NCBI GenBank assembly: GCA_016214555.1
Contig: JACROF010000014.1
Coordinates: 1 to 45,035, forward strand
Source of the DNA: Candidatus Levyibacteriota bacterium
GTDB taxonomy: Bacteria > Patescibacteriota > Microgenomatia > Levybacterales > UBA12049
DNA length: 45,035 nucleotides
Direction of reading: 5' to 3'
The stretch's first letter is position 1; each line of letters starts with the position of its first letter. Under the pieces are notes generated by a model. That model had not been told where the DNA came from and did no database searches. It saw nothing but the letters and a program-made list of their open reading frames with translations. The translations under genes were made by a program, and so were the position numbers. This document shows positions 35,742 through 44,549 of the stretch, one piece after another.

Positions 35742-36530
35742 ATGATAGATTTTCCTCTCATTCTTCAAAAAAACCAACTTGTAAGCTATGTTAAAGAGGG
35801 TATTCCCATTGCAAAAGTTTCCATGGTCTATGAAGGATTTAAGTTAGCACGGGAACTTCTTTATGAAATTGTTGATAAGACAACAGTTCTTTATGTATCA
35901 GGAGGACAAACGCCAAAAGATCTTTATAGAAATGTAGCAAATGACCAAAAAATTCATCCAGGAGCAGTCGCACTTATCGATGAGAGATACGGTATTCGTG
36001 GACATAATGTGAGTAATGAAAAAATGATAGAGGAGAGTGGATTTTTACCGTATCTTAAGGAAAAGGGCGTGCCATTTTACCCTATTCTTCAGGATAATCA
36101 TCCTAATCTTGTTGAAACAGCAGATAATTATGATATGACGATTAAGTATCTTTTTGCAGGATTTCCACGAAGTGTTGGGATTTTGGGAATTGGACTTGAT
36201 GGGCATACCGCAGGAATTGCTGGCAACAGAACTGACCCTTCAATGGGTTCAGGTCTACTTTTTCACAATCCTATGTTTGATCAGGAGCAAAAAAATTCTC
36301 TCGTTTCATCTTTCTCTGATCTTCAAGGGAAATTTAAAGAGAGGGTAAGTATGACCTTTAGAGGATTATCAATGATTGATGTCTTTATTGTATTGGTATT
36401 TGGTGAAGATAAGAAAGAGGCTCTGGAAAAGGTTTTTTCTGATGGTTCTGAAGAAGATATTCCAGGAAGATTTTTCAAAAGACCAGAAATTGCAAAAAGA
36501 ACCCTTTTGATCACTGATCAGAAAATTTAA
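35742..36530 (+). CDS. pgl: 6-phosphogluconolactonase
   Basis: SGGQTP, IDERY, SNEKM, LGIGLDGHTAG, ERVSMT, GEDKKEAL; adjacent to zwf. Confidence 0.88.
   Translation: MIDFPLILQKNQLVSYVKEGIPIAKVSMVYEGFKLARELLYEIVDKTTVLYVSGGQTPKDLYRNVANDQKIHPGAVALIDERYGIRGHNVSNEKMIEESGFLPYLKEKGVPFYPILQDNHPNLVETADNYDMTIKYLFAGFPRSVGILGIGLDGHTAGIAGNRTDPSMGSGLLFHNPMFDQEQKNSLVSSFSDLQGKFKERVSMTFRGLSMIDVFIVLVFGEDKKEALEKVFSDGSEEDIPGRFFKRPEIAKRTLLITDQKI
36234..36255 (+). repeat. Degenerate REP-like element in frame in pgl
   Basis: gacccttcaatgggttcaggtc (DPSMGSG), resembles 41620-41644. Confidence 0.5.
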
Positions 36531-36547
36531 TCTCGGTTTTTCATGAG

Positions 36548-36619
36548 CGATTATTGATTTTAGGATAAAAAGTATCAGTTAGTTCTATTCAATAATCAAC
36601 GATCTATAATCTATAATCG
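36548..36619. repeat. Heptamer-periodic inverted repeat upstream of zwf
   Basis: cgattattgattttagg / tctataatctataatcg, 14/17 complementary. Confidence 0.65.
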
Positions 36620-36626
36620 ATACAAT

Positions 36627-38060
36627 ATGCATATGCATTCACCTTTTGTCATGACTATCTTTGGAGCAACTGGGGATCTTATGCGAGCAAAATTAATGCC
36701 TGCACTTTTTGGCTTATTTAAGCAAGGGTCTTTACCCCAGGATTTTTTTATTTTTGGTTTTTCTAGACGAGAAATTACCGATCAAGAATTTTATGAACTT
36801 TTTCCAAAATTGAATACTGATCCCATGTGGGGAGATTTTATAAAGCATCTTCATTATCAACAAGGAACTTTTGAGGATCCTGCGGGTTATAAGGAGCTCA
36901 TTAAAAAACTGGCAGCTATTGATGAAAAGATAGGTGCTTGTGTTACCCGGCTTTTTTATCTAGCAACGCCTCCTGACAATTATGAAATAATCTTGGACAA
37001 TCTCAAATCAACAAAATTAGCTGAAGGTTGTGGGCAGGGTAGCAACAAATGGACCAGAATTGTTATCGAGAAGCCATTTGGAAAAAATTTAGAGACTGCT
37101 ATTCATTTAGATAAAAAACTATCTGATATTTTTGAGGAGAAGCAAATTTTCCGCGTAGACCATTACTTAGGGAAAGAAAATGTTCAGAACATGCTCGCAT
37201 TCCGTTTTGCCAATGGGATATTTGAGCCTGTTTGGAATAATACTTATATAGACCATATCCAGGTAACGATCAGTGAAAAAAATGGTATTGGGACAAGAGG
37301 AAAATTTTTTGATGGCGTAGGCAATTTACGTGACGTTGCTCAAAATCACCTTCTCCAACTTGTTGCTGCTGTAACGATGGAGCAACCAAAATCTTTTATG
37401 AAGGAAGATGTGAGAGATGCAAGAGCACACGCTATTCAGGCAATTACATGTATAGAGCCAGAAAAAGTCTCAGAACATGTTGTGAGAGGTCAATACCAAT
37501 CATATGCTGATGAGAAAAATGTTGACCTAGGGTCAGATACTGAAACATTTGTCGCGATGAAGTTTTTTATGGACACACCGCGGATGAAGAATATTCCTAT
37601 TTATGCACGAGCTGGGAAAAAAATGAAAGAGGATGTTGTTGAGATATCAATTGTTTTTACTCAGACGTGCCATGTTCTTTTTAAAGAGTATGGATGTCCA
37701 GAGATCGGGAATGTCATAACTATTAGAATTCAGCCAGATGAAGGTATAAGAATGCGATTTATTGCCAAAAAACCTGGGAGCAAATTGTCACTTGAGCCAG
37801 TTGAGATGAAATTTAGTTATCAGGAAGGATTTGGGAGTCGTGGTATTGATGCCTATGAGAAAATTCTTCTTGATATTCTCAATGGTGAACAGATTCTTTT
37901 CAATAGAACTGATGAGCTCATGAGTTCATGGAAGTTTATTACCACCATTTTACATGGGTGGGAGAAATACAACCCAAAACTTGTAATATATGAAGATGGC
38001 TCATGGGGACCAAGGGAGGCTGATGATTTGATAAAAAAAGATGGGAGAAGATGGATCTGA
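36627..38060 (+). CDS. zwf: Glucose-6-phosphate 1-dehydrogenase
   Basis: IFGATGDL, EKPFG, RVDHYLGKE, RDVAQNHLLQ, RIQPDEG. Confidence 0.98.
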   Translation: MHMHSPFVMTIFGATGDLMRAKLMPALFGLFKQGSLPQDFFIFGFSRREITDQEFYELFPKLNTDPMWGDFIKHLHYQQGTFEDPAGYKELIKKLAAIDEKIGACVTRLFYLATPPDNYEIILDNLKSTKLAEGCGQGSNKWTRIVIEKPFGKNLETAIHLDKKLSDIFEEKQIFRVDHYLGKENVQNMLAFRFANGIFEPVWNNTYIDHIQVTISEKNGIGTRGKFFDGVGNLRDVAQNHLLQLVAAVTMEQPKSFMKEDVRDARAHAIQAITCIEPEKVSEHVVRGQYQSYADEKNVDLGSDTETFVAMKFFMDTPRMKNIPIYARAGKKMKEDVVEISIVFTQTCHVLFKEYGCPEIGNVITIRIQPDEGIRMRFIAKKPGSKLSLEPVEMKFSYQEGFGSRGIDAYEKILLDILNGEQILFNRTDELMSSWKFITTILHGWEKYNPKLVIYEDGSWGPREADDLIKKDGRRWI

Positions 38061-38251
38061 TGAAAGAAAAACCACCAATAAAGCCAATACATATTGATGC
38101 TGCAGTTGCAAGTATGCTTCGTAATGAAGGGAGATTTGATGAGGCGCAGAAATTGCATGCCTTGCCTCTTAAGACCATTCATTTGTATTATCCACAGAGT
38201 TTACCAAGAGGTGTATCAGGTAATTTTTATCGTCAAAGCAATTCTAGTTAA
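38060..38251 (+). CDS. Possible small protein coupled to zwf
   Basis: ATG overlaps zwf stop (TGATG); fills the gap; no motif. Confidence 0.35.
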   Translation: MKEKPPIKPIHIDAAVASMLRNEGRFDEAQKLHALPLKTIHLYYPQSLPRGVSGNFYRQSNSS

Positions 38252-38280
38252 ATAGCCTCAAATAGTATATAATCTCTCCC

Positions 38281-39144
38281 ATGACAGGAATAGAAATCCA
38301 ATCGTTGTCTCCTCAGGAACAAAATGAGTTAATTGATGGGAGTTATGGTAGTAATGCAGGAGAATTTTCATCCGATCCCCTTGTTGATCTTCGAGAAGCG
38401 GCTGGTACTGTTTGTTCAGAGGCAATAAGGACAGATCTTCAGGTGCTTTTTGATAATTTTCCAACAGGCCCCTTTCCAATGCAGAAGAAAGATGCAGCGT
38501 TACATGTTGCTAAAACATATGGAGAAAGTTTACCAGGGGCTCTTGAATTGATGAGAAATTTGACTGGAAGTAGAATTGTCCCACAAGTAAGAATGCCTGT
38601 GGGGGATAAATTTAAATATTTTGCTAGTCCGAGAACATTGATTGCCTTTGCTGTTGCAAGGAGGTACGCAGAAAGAAATCTTTATAGAAATTTTGTAGTT
38701 GATCGTGAAGCTGAGAATCAAATGAGAATTGATTTAGGAGATCTTGCCTACGAGGAAATTTTTCTTTCCTCAGATTTTCCTGATGAAATTCCAGCAGAGC
38801 CGAGAGTGCCAGATGAGCAAGATAAAGCCATGTCAGTAAGTCAAGAAGCTGTTGGAAAATCAAATACGAGAAATATTCTCAGAGATTGGTCGCCAAGCAG
38901 GTTGAGTGCTATTACTGATAGCATCGAATATTCTCGAAGTCTTGACTTGCTACCTCCATCAGTTCTCGATTTGGCAAGAAGAATGTCGTTGCAGCCAGAT
39001 GGTAAAGATGACATTGATAGTGTAATTGCTGGTCTAAAAGAGCTCTCTTTATTAGCTGATTATTTCAAATCTCCAAATCTTCAGTCATTAGTTGATACGA
39101 TGATTGATCATCAAAACAGAAATGTTACCCCCTCATTGTCCTAG
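38281..39144 (+). CDS. Hypothetical protein, 287 aa
   Basis: Long ORF with TATAAT 7 nt upstream; no recognised motif. Confidence 0.8.
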   Translation: MTGIEIQSLSPQEQNELIDGSYGSNAGEFSSDPLVDLREAAGTVCSEAIRTDLQVLFDNFPTGPFPMQKKDAALHVAKTYGESLPGALELMRNLTGSRIVPQVRMPVGDKFKYFASPRTLIAFAVARRYAERNLYRNFVVDREAENQMRIDLGDLAYEEIFLSSDFPDEIPAEPRVPDEQDKAMSVSQEAVGKSNTRNILRDWSPSRLSAITDSIEYSRSLDLLPPSVLDLARRMSLQPDGKDDIDSVIAGLKELSLLADYFKSPNLQSLVDTMIDHQNRNVTPSLS

Positions 39145-39171
39145 TTGTCAGTTCATGGTAGACTAGTTCTC

Positions 39172-40116
39172 ATGCAAATCGGATTTATTGGTCTTGGAAA
39201 AATGGGTACTCGAATGGTACTTAAGCTTCTTGAGGGGGGCCATGAGGTTGTTGTTTGGAATAGATCAAGCGCTCCTATACAGGATCTCCAACTCAAAATT
39301 CAAAACTCAAAAGTCAAAATTACAACTCAAAACTTAAAAGTTTCAGAATCAATAGAGGCATTGATTTTACAATTACAAAAACCTCGAGTCGTTTGGTCAA
39401 TGCTGCCGGCTGGGGATGCCACTGAGTCGACACTTCAGGGAATTGCAAAGTATGTTGAAAAGGGCGACATTGTTATAGATGGCGGCAATGCCTTTTATAA
39501 AGACACACAGCGAAGGTTTGATACGTTTAGTGCAAGGGGCATAGCGTTTTTAGGCATTGGGGTGAGTGGGGGGATTAAGGCATCAGAGACAGGTTATCCA
39601 TTAATGGTGGGTGGAGATAAGGGCAGTTTTGAAATTATCAAACCAATACTTGAAAGTTTGATAAAACCACACGGAGGCTATGAATATTTTGGAACAGGTG
39701 GAGCTGGGCATTTTGTCAAAATGGTCCATAATGGCATTGAGTATGGCATGATGCAGGCAATTGGTGAAGGGTATGGGGTTTTGGAAAAAGCACCCTATGA
39801 GTTGGATCTCATAAAAGTTGCAAAGCTTTGGCAGAAAAATACTATTGTCACAAGTTTTCTTAATGAATGCGCCAAAGATGCACTCGTTAAAGACCCAAGT
39901 TTGTCAAATTTGGATGGTGTTATTGATGCGACTGGTGAAGCAGAATGGACAGTCAATCGGGCGAAAGAAGAAAATGTTTATGCTGAAAATATCGACCAGT
40001 CTTTAGATTTCCGCAGGCGTTCGAAAACAGATAAAGCTGTTTCATCTTCATTTGCAGCGCGAATGGTCGCAGCGCTCCGCCATGAATTCGGCGGACATAA
40101 AGTTAAGGAGAAGTAA
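39172..40116 (+). CDS. gnd: 6-phosphogluconate dehydrogenase (decarboxylating, short type)
   Basis: IGFIGLGKMG, IDGGN, VSGG, GHFVKMVHNGIEYG, LRHEFGGH. Confidence 0.96.
   Translation: MQIGFIGLGKMGTRMVLKLLEGGHEVVVWNRSSAPIQDLQLKIQNSKVKITTQNLKVSESIEALILQLQKPRVVWSMLPAGDATESTLQGIAKYVEKGDIVIDGGNAFYKDTQRRFDTFSARGIAFLGIGVSGGIKASETGYPLMVGGDKGSFEIIKPILESLIKPHGGYEYFGTGGAGHFVKMVHNGIEYGMMQAIGEGYGVLEKAPYELDLIKVAKLWQKNTIVTSFLNECAKDALVKDPSLSNLDGVIDATGEAEWTVNRAKEENVYAENIDQSLDFRRRSKTDKAVSSSFAARMVAALRHEFGGHKVKEK
39290..39342 (+). repeat. Tandem AA(C/T/G)TCAA heptamers inside gnd
   Basis: aactcaa aattcaa aactcaa aagtcaa aattaca actcaa aacttaa, encoding QLKIQNSKVKITTQNLKV. Confidence 0.85.
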
Positions 40117-40134
40117 TCTTTATATCATACTGAC

Positions 40135-40467
40135 ATGATTTCATATAGTGATTTTGAGAAGGTTGATATTCGTGTTGGAGAAATTGTTGCTGTTGACGAT
40201 TTTCCAGAAGCGAGAAAGCCAGCATATAAATTGACGATCGATTTTGGACCGGAAATTGGTATTAAAAAATCATCAGCTCAAATTGTTCCTAACTATACAA
40301 AAGAAGAACTACTCCACAAGCAGGTGGTTGCAGTTGTCAATTTTCCACCCAAGCAAATTGGCCCATTTATTTCAGAAGTCCTAACACTAGGCGTTGAGGA
40401 TAGCGATGGGAATGTCGTTTTGCTTATGCCAACAAAGAAAGCAAAGTTAGGCAATAGAATGTTTTAG
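40135..40467 (+). CDS. csaA: tRNA-binding protein / chaperone CsaA
   Basis: DIRVG, ARKPAYKL, KKSSAQI, VVNFPPKQIG, SEVLTLG. Confidence 0.93.
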   Translation: MISYSDFEKVDIRVGEIVAVDDFPEARKPAYKLTIDFGPEIGIKKSSAQIVPNYTKEELLHKQVVAVVNFPPKQIGPFISEVLTLGVEDSDGNVVLLMPTKKAKLGNRMF

Positions 40468-40503
40468 TATTTAGTATTGAGAATAGTCGTGTATAATACA
40501 CCT

Positions 40504-41730
40504 ATGAGGTATTCACAATTTTTTCCACAGACACTCAAGGAAGCTCCAAAAGATGAGGTTGCAGTCAATGCGAAATACCTTATCCGTGGTGGTTATATTG
40601 ATAAATTAATGGCAGGATCCTATACTCTTTTGCCACTTGGCATGCGAGTTGTTCAAAAAATAAATCAAATTATCCGTGAGGAGATGAACAAAACTGGAGC
40701 TCAGGAGTTGTTAATGCCACTTCTTCACCCTAAAGAAATTTGGAACGAAACCGGTCGTTGGGATAGTGCAAGTGAGGTTATGTATCAATTTGAAAAAAAT
40801 GACAAAGAATACGCATTGTCATTTACTCATGAAGAAATAGTCATGGATCTGATCCGAAAACACACTTCTTCCTACAAAGATTTACCAATCAAAGTCTATC
40901 ATTTTTCTACAAAATTCAGAAATGAATTGCGCGCAAAATCAGGTATTTTGAGAGGGCGTGAATTTATGATGAAAGATCTTTATAGTGCTCATTTTAGTGA
41001 GGAAGATCTCATGGAATATTACTGGAAAGTAGCAGATGCGTATCTTGAAATCTTCAAAAGAATTGGTATCGACGTCAAAATTGCTGAGGCATCTGGCGGT
41101 GTATTTACTACGTCTCATACTCATGAATTTCAGGCTCTTTGTGAGGTGGGAGAAGATACTATCTATCACAAAGAAGGATGGAAATTCTGGAAAAATAAAG
41201 AAGTTATGACAGAGGAGGAACTCTCAGACCCTGATGTTAAAAGCGCCCAAGCAATTGAAGTAGGAAATATTTTTCCTCTCGGCACGATGTATGCTGAAAA
41301 AATGTCTGCATTATTTACTGATCAGGATGGGTCAAAAAAACCTGTCTGGTTTGCAAGCTATGGTATCGGCCCTACTCGCGTAATGGGAACACTCGTTGAA
41401 ATATTTCATGATGATAAAGGGATCATCTGGCCAGAAGCAGTTGCGCCATTTCAAGTTCATCTAATTGGCCTTCATGAAAAAGCTGATAGTGTTTATCACA
41501 ATTTACTTGAGGCAGGAGTAGAAGTTTTGTACGACGACAGATGGGACACTAATGCAGGGACAAAATTTGCAGACGCAGATCTTATAGGTATTCCTGTCAG
41601 ACTTGTTGTGAGCACAAAGACCCTTTCGGCAGGCTCAGGGCAAGCTGGTACAGCCATGATCGAGTGGAAAAAAAGAGATAGTGACAAGACTGAACTACTT
41701 ACTTTTGAAGAAGTCCTCGCTCGGATCTAA
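40504..41730 (+). CDS. proS: Proline--tRNA ligase (short, no INS editing domain)
   Basis: ETGRW, THEE, KFRNELR...GILRGREFMMKDLYS, IEVGNIF, YGIG, GIIWP, KFADADLIG. Confidence 0.97.
   Translation: MRYSQFFPQTLKEAPKDEVAVNAKYLIRGGYIDKLMAGSYTLLPLGMRVVQKINQIIREEMNKTGAQELLMPLLHPKEIWNETGRWDSASEVMYQFEKNDKEYALSFTHEEIVMDLIRKHTSSYKDLPIKVYHFSTKFRNELRAKSGILRGREFMMKDLYSAHFSEEDLMEYYWKVADAYLEIFKRIGIDVKIAEASGGVFTTSHTHEFQALCEVGEDTIYHKEGWKFWKNKEVMTEEELSDPDVKSAQAIEVGNIFPLGTMYAEKMSALFTDQDGSKKPVWFASYGIGPTRVMGTLVEIFHDDKGIIWPEAVAPFQVHLIGLHEKADSVYHNLLEAGVEVLYDDRWDTNAGTKFADADLIGIPVRLVVSTKTLSAGSGQAGTAMIEWKKRDSDKTELLTFEEVLARI
41620..41644 (+). repeat. REP-like palindromic element in frame in proS
   Basis: accctttcggcaggctcagggcaag (TLSAGSGQ), CCCT/AGGG closing stem. 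Confidence 0.65.
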
Positions 41731-41732
41731 TG

Positions 41733-42329
41733 TCATTGAGGTAGAGGGAGAAGCGTTGTGACATCTACTTTGAAGATCACTATCCAGATTATTGTATAGA
41801 CTAGGATTAATAATGGTGCTCCCACAATTAACAAAATTTTCCTTTTTCCTCCAGATTTTTTAGGTTCTGTTGACGTAGCGTCTTTTTCCTTGTCTTTTCC
41901 TTTCTCCTTTTTATCAGTATTTGTAACACCAAAATTAAATGACGTGGGAGTTGTAGGTCTTTGATTGGGGCTCTCAGGTGGAATAGTTGGTGTTGGTGTA
42001 GCATATTTTGCAGCAAGTGCTGCATAGTCTACTGTTGCTTTATTAGCTTCACTTGATGATATAGGAGGTGGTACTTGAGAATTTGATAGTGTCCCCATAG
42101 ACTGAGGAGGAGTCGCCTCATGTGATGGTAGAGGGGGTAAGGAAGGCGAAGTCATAGCAGGCTGAGGTGCTGGAGAAGTGTTTTGGATTGGGGTAGGTGG
42201 AGCCTGCGTTGGTACAGGAGGAGTATTTCCCGCAAGAGGAGGAGTTGCTGGGCTTGTTGATGTGCCCATGACACGGTCATAGACTTCTTTTAGTTTTGGG
42301 TCAAGATTTGATGGTGTTTTTGGATCCAT
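41733..42329 (-). CDS. Pro-rich disordered protein with C-terminal membrane anchor
   Basis: Pro/Thr/Ser-rich body, Lys-rich patch, single C-terminal TM helix. Confidence 0.8.
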   Translation of the reverse strand: MDPKTPSNLDPKLKEVYDRVMGTSTSPATPPLAGNTPPVPTQAPPTPIQNTSPAPQPAMTSPSLPPLPSHEATPPQSMGTLSNSQVPPPISSSEANKATVDYAALAAKYATPTPTIPPESPNQRPTTPTSFNFGVTNTDKKEKGKDKEKDATSTEPKKSGGKRKILLIVGAPLLILVYTIIWIVIFKVDVTTLLPLPQ

Positions 42330-42423
42330 GGCAGTAGTTTTATGATCTCGGATTGTCTACAATTTGTCAAGTTTGGAGGTGAGACTATTGCATTCAGGCT
42401 GATCTCATGGTATATTCGCGCAT

Positions 42424-42975
42424 ATGTCAGAGAACGAAATCACTCCGGAGGAAATGCAAGCAGATTTTGCTGCATTTAAAAAAGAATCAGTAAGCCAGGA
42501 GCGTCGTGCTGACGGAGTAGACTGTTATACGCTTGATATTCATTCTGTATCTTATTATCCGGCAAAAGGTGAGCCTGAAAATGCAATGTGGCTTATTAGA
42601 GATTCTAGAGGTTTTTATTCTCCATCTAATCCTCTTTCACATAGTGATGTTGATGGCGACCTAACGCTCTGTGCTGATCCAGAAGGAAAGCTTCATGCAG
42701 AGTTAGCTATTCGTCAAATTAACCACCGGGATTCCAAAGGAAAAGTAATGTTATATCCCCGCGATGTTAGTAGATCTACAGGGCCTTCTCATCCACATAC
42801 TTTTACGGAAATCAGACCAAGCCCTAACGGATACTATGGTCATGTTTATACGGTAGACCAAGAAGGTTCTTCATGGTCGTTTCATATTAATAAACCATTT
42901 GCACATGGTGGTACAACACCTTTTCCAGAGATTGAACCACTAAGTGATGGAACAACCCCATTTCTAGAGGAATAA
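42424..42975 (+). CDS. Hypothetical protein, 183 aa
   Basis: ORF preceded by TTGCAT-N17-TATATT 7 nt before ATG. Confidence 0.75.
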   Translation: MSENEITPEEMQADFAAFKKESVSQERRADGVDCYTLDIHSVSYYPAKGEPENAMWLIRDSRGFYSPSNPLSHSDVDGDLTLCADPEGKLHAELAIRQINHRDSKGKVMLYPRDVSRSTGPSHPHTFTEIRPSPNGYYGHVYTVDQEGSSWSFHINKPFAHGGTTPFPEIEPLSDGTTPFLEE

Positions 42976-43022
42976 CCCGTTTTCTTTTTTACTTTTAGCC
43001 TCTCTTAGGATATACTGCATTC

Positions 43023-43931
43023 ATGAAAATCATCGTTGCACATAAATCTCCCGACTGGGATGCCATTGGGTCTGTCTGGCTTCTTAAGAATCATCTTCCA
43101 GGCTGGCAGGATGCGACAGTTGTATTTGTCTCTGCTGGTAAATTGTTTGAACGATGTAAAGGGTACAATCACGATGATCCTGCCGATCCTATTGAAAAAA
43201 TTGGTGAGGACGAGATCATTCATGTTGACACAGGTCTTGGACCACTTGATCATCACCAAACAAGCGATCTACATGTTTGTGCTGCGAGTAAAACATGGGA
43301 TTACGTTCTTTCTATGATTGAAAAATCAGGAAATGAGATGAAGGAAGAGAAAAAAGAAGCAATCGGGAGAGTTGTTGGCGTTATTACAGAGGACGATCAT
43401 TTTAGAGAAGTTTTTTGGGGAGAGCCTTTAGCTGATTATCATGAATTTTCACTTATTGGAGTACTTGACGGCCTCAAATCTTTCAAGCCCGATCAGGATG
43501 ATTATTTTGTGAAATTTGGTATGGAGGCTTTGGATGCGGTTACTCATGCATTTGAGAGTCGCATTTGGGCAGAAAAAGAGATACAAGAAAATGGCACAGA
43601 ATTTAGTCTTAAGAAAGGGAAAGCAATCGCTTTTGTATCAATTAATGACAATGTCATAAAACTCGCACAGAAAATGGGGTATTTACTCGTTGTTCGAAAA
43701 GATCCCAGACATGGATATGTCAGGATAAAAGTCCGTCCATCAAGTAGCGAAAAAGACGATCTTGATCTAACCCTTGCTTATGAAAAGTTGCGAAAAATTG
43801 ATCCTGAAGCAACGTGGTTTTTGCACGTCTCAAAGAAAATGCTTCTCAATGGGACATCAAAAAATCCTGATATGGTACCATCCCATATGACGCTTGAGCA
43901 GATAGTAGACGTTTTAAAGAGCATTTATTAA
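43023..43931 (+). CDS. DHH-superfamily phosphoesterase (MYG1-like)
   Basis: IVAHKSPDWDA, HVDTG, LDHHQ, WFLHVS. Confidence 0.75.
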   Translation: MKIIVAHKSPDWDAIGSVWLLKNHLPGWQDATVVFVSAGKLFERCKGYNHDDPADPIEKIGEDEIIHVDTGLGPLDHHQTSDLHVCAASKTWDYVLSMIEKSGNEMKEEKKEAIGRVVGVITEDDHFREVFWGEPLADYHEFSLIGVLDGLKSFKPDQDDYFVKFGMEALDAVTHAFESRIWAEKEIQENGTEFSLKKGKAIAFVSINDNVIKLAQKMGYLLVVRKDPRHGYVRIKVRPSSSEKDDLDLTLAYEKLRKIDPEATWFLHVSKKMLLNGTSKNPDMVPSHMTLEQIVDVLKSIY

Positions 43932-43940
43932 GATAACATT

Positions 43941-44270
43941 ATGGATAATTGCATTTTTTGTAAAATAGGTAGACGTGAAATTCCCAAAGAGTTCACCTTT
44001 GAGGATGAGGATATTATGGTTTTTCCTGATATCAATCCTGTCAAGCCAATCCACCTGCTTATTATCCCCAAGACTCATATTAAAGAATTCCATGCGCTTG
44101 ATAATCCCGTGCTTTTTGAAAAGTTGGGGAAAGTTATTTTGCAAATGATTGTAAAAATGGAACTTCAAACTAAAGGGTATAGAGTAGTTATCAATGGTGG
44201 CGGAGCCCAAGTAGTAGATCATCTCCACATACATCTTATGGGTCCAATAGCCAAAGCCGCATCAGTATAG
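43941..44270 (+). CDS. HIT family nucleotide hydrolase
   Basis: CIFCKI, DINP, HLLIIPK, QVVDHLHIH. Confidence 0.95.
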   Translation: MDNCIFCKIGRREIPKEFTFEDEDIMVFPDINPVKPIHLLIIPKTHIKEFHALDNPVLFEKLGKVILQMIVKMELQTKGYRVVINGGGAQVVDHLHIHLMGPIAKAASV

Positions 44271-44331
44271 CAATAGGTTTACAAACCCCATCTGATTGGA
44301 GTAAAATAGAACCCTATAACTCTCGTAATGT

Positions 44332-44342
44332 GAGGGGAGGTG
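44332..44342 (+). promoter_or_regulatory. Extended Shine-Dalgarno of rpsU
   Basis: GAGGGGAGGTG, 9 nt before ATG 44352; pairs with 16S CACCUCCUUUC. Confidence 0.8.
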
Positions 44343-44351
44343 TTTTTTCCT

Positions 44352-44534
44352 ATGGTATATGTAAAAAAACAACCAGGAGACAGTGACGATACAGTTATTC
44401 GAAAGTTTTCTCGAAAAGTAATTGATTCAGGCATTGTTAATGAAGCAAAACGAAGACAATTTTATCTTAAGCCCTCGCTTGCAAAAAAGCTCAAGGCTGA
44501 GGAAAGTCGACGAAAAAGACGAATGATTGCCTAA
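44352..44534 (+). CDS. rpsU: 30S ribosomal protein bS21
   Basis: IRKFSRKV...GIVNEAKRRQFYLKPS, basic 60 aa. Confidence 0.93.
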   Translation: MVYVKKQPGDSDDTVIRKFSRKVIDSGIVNEAKRRQFYLKPSLAKKLKAEESRRKRRMIA

Positions 44535-44549
44535 GGTGTCCTTCATGCT

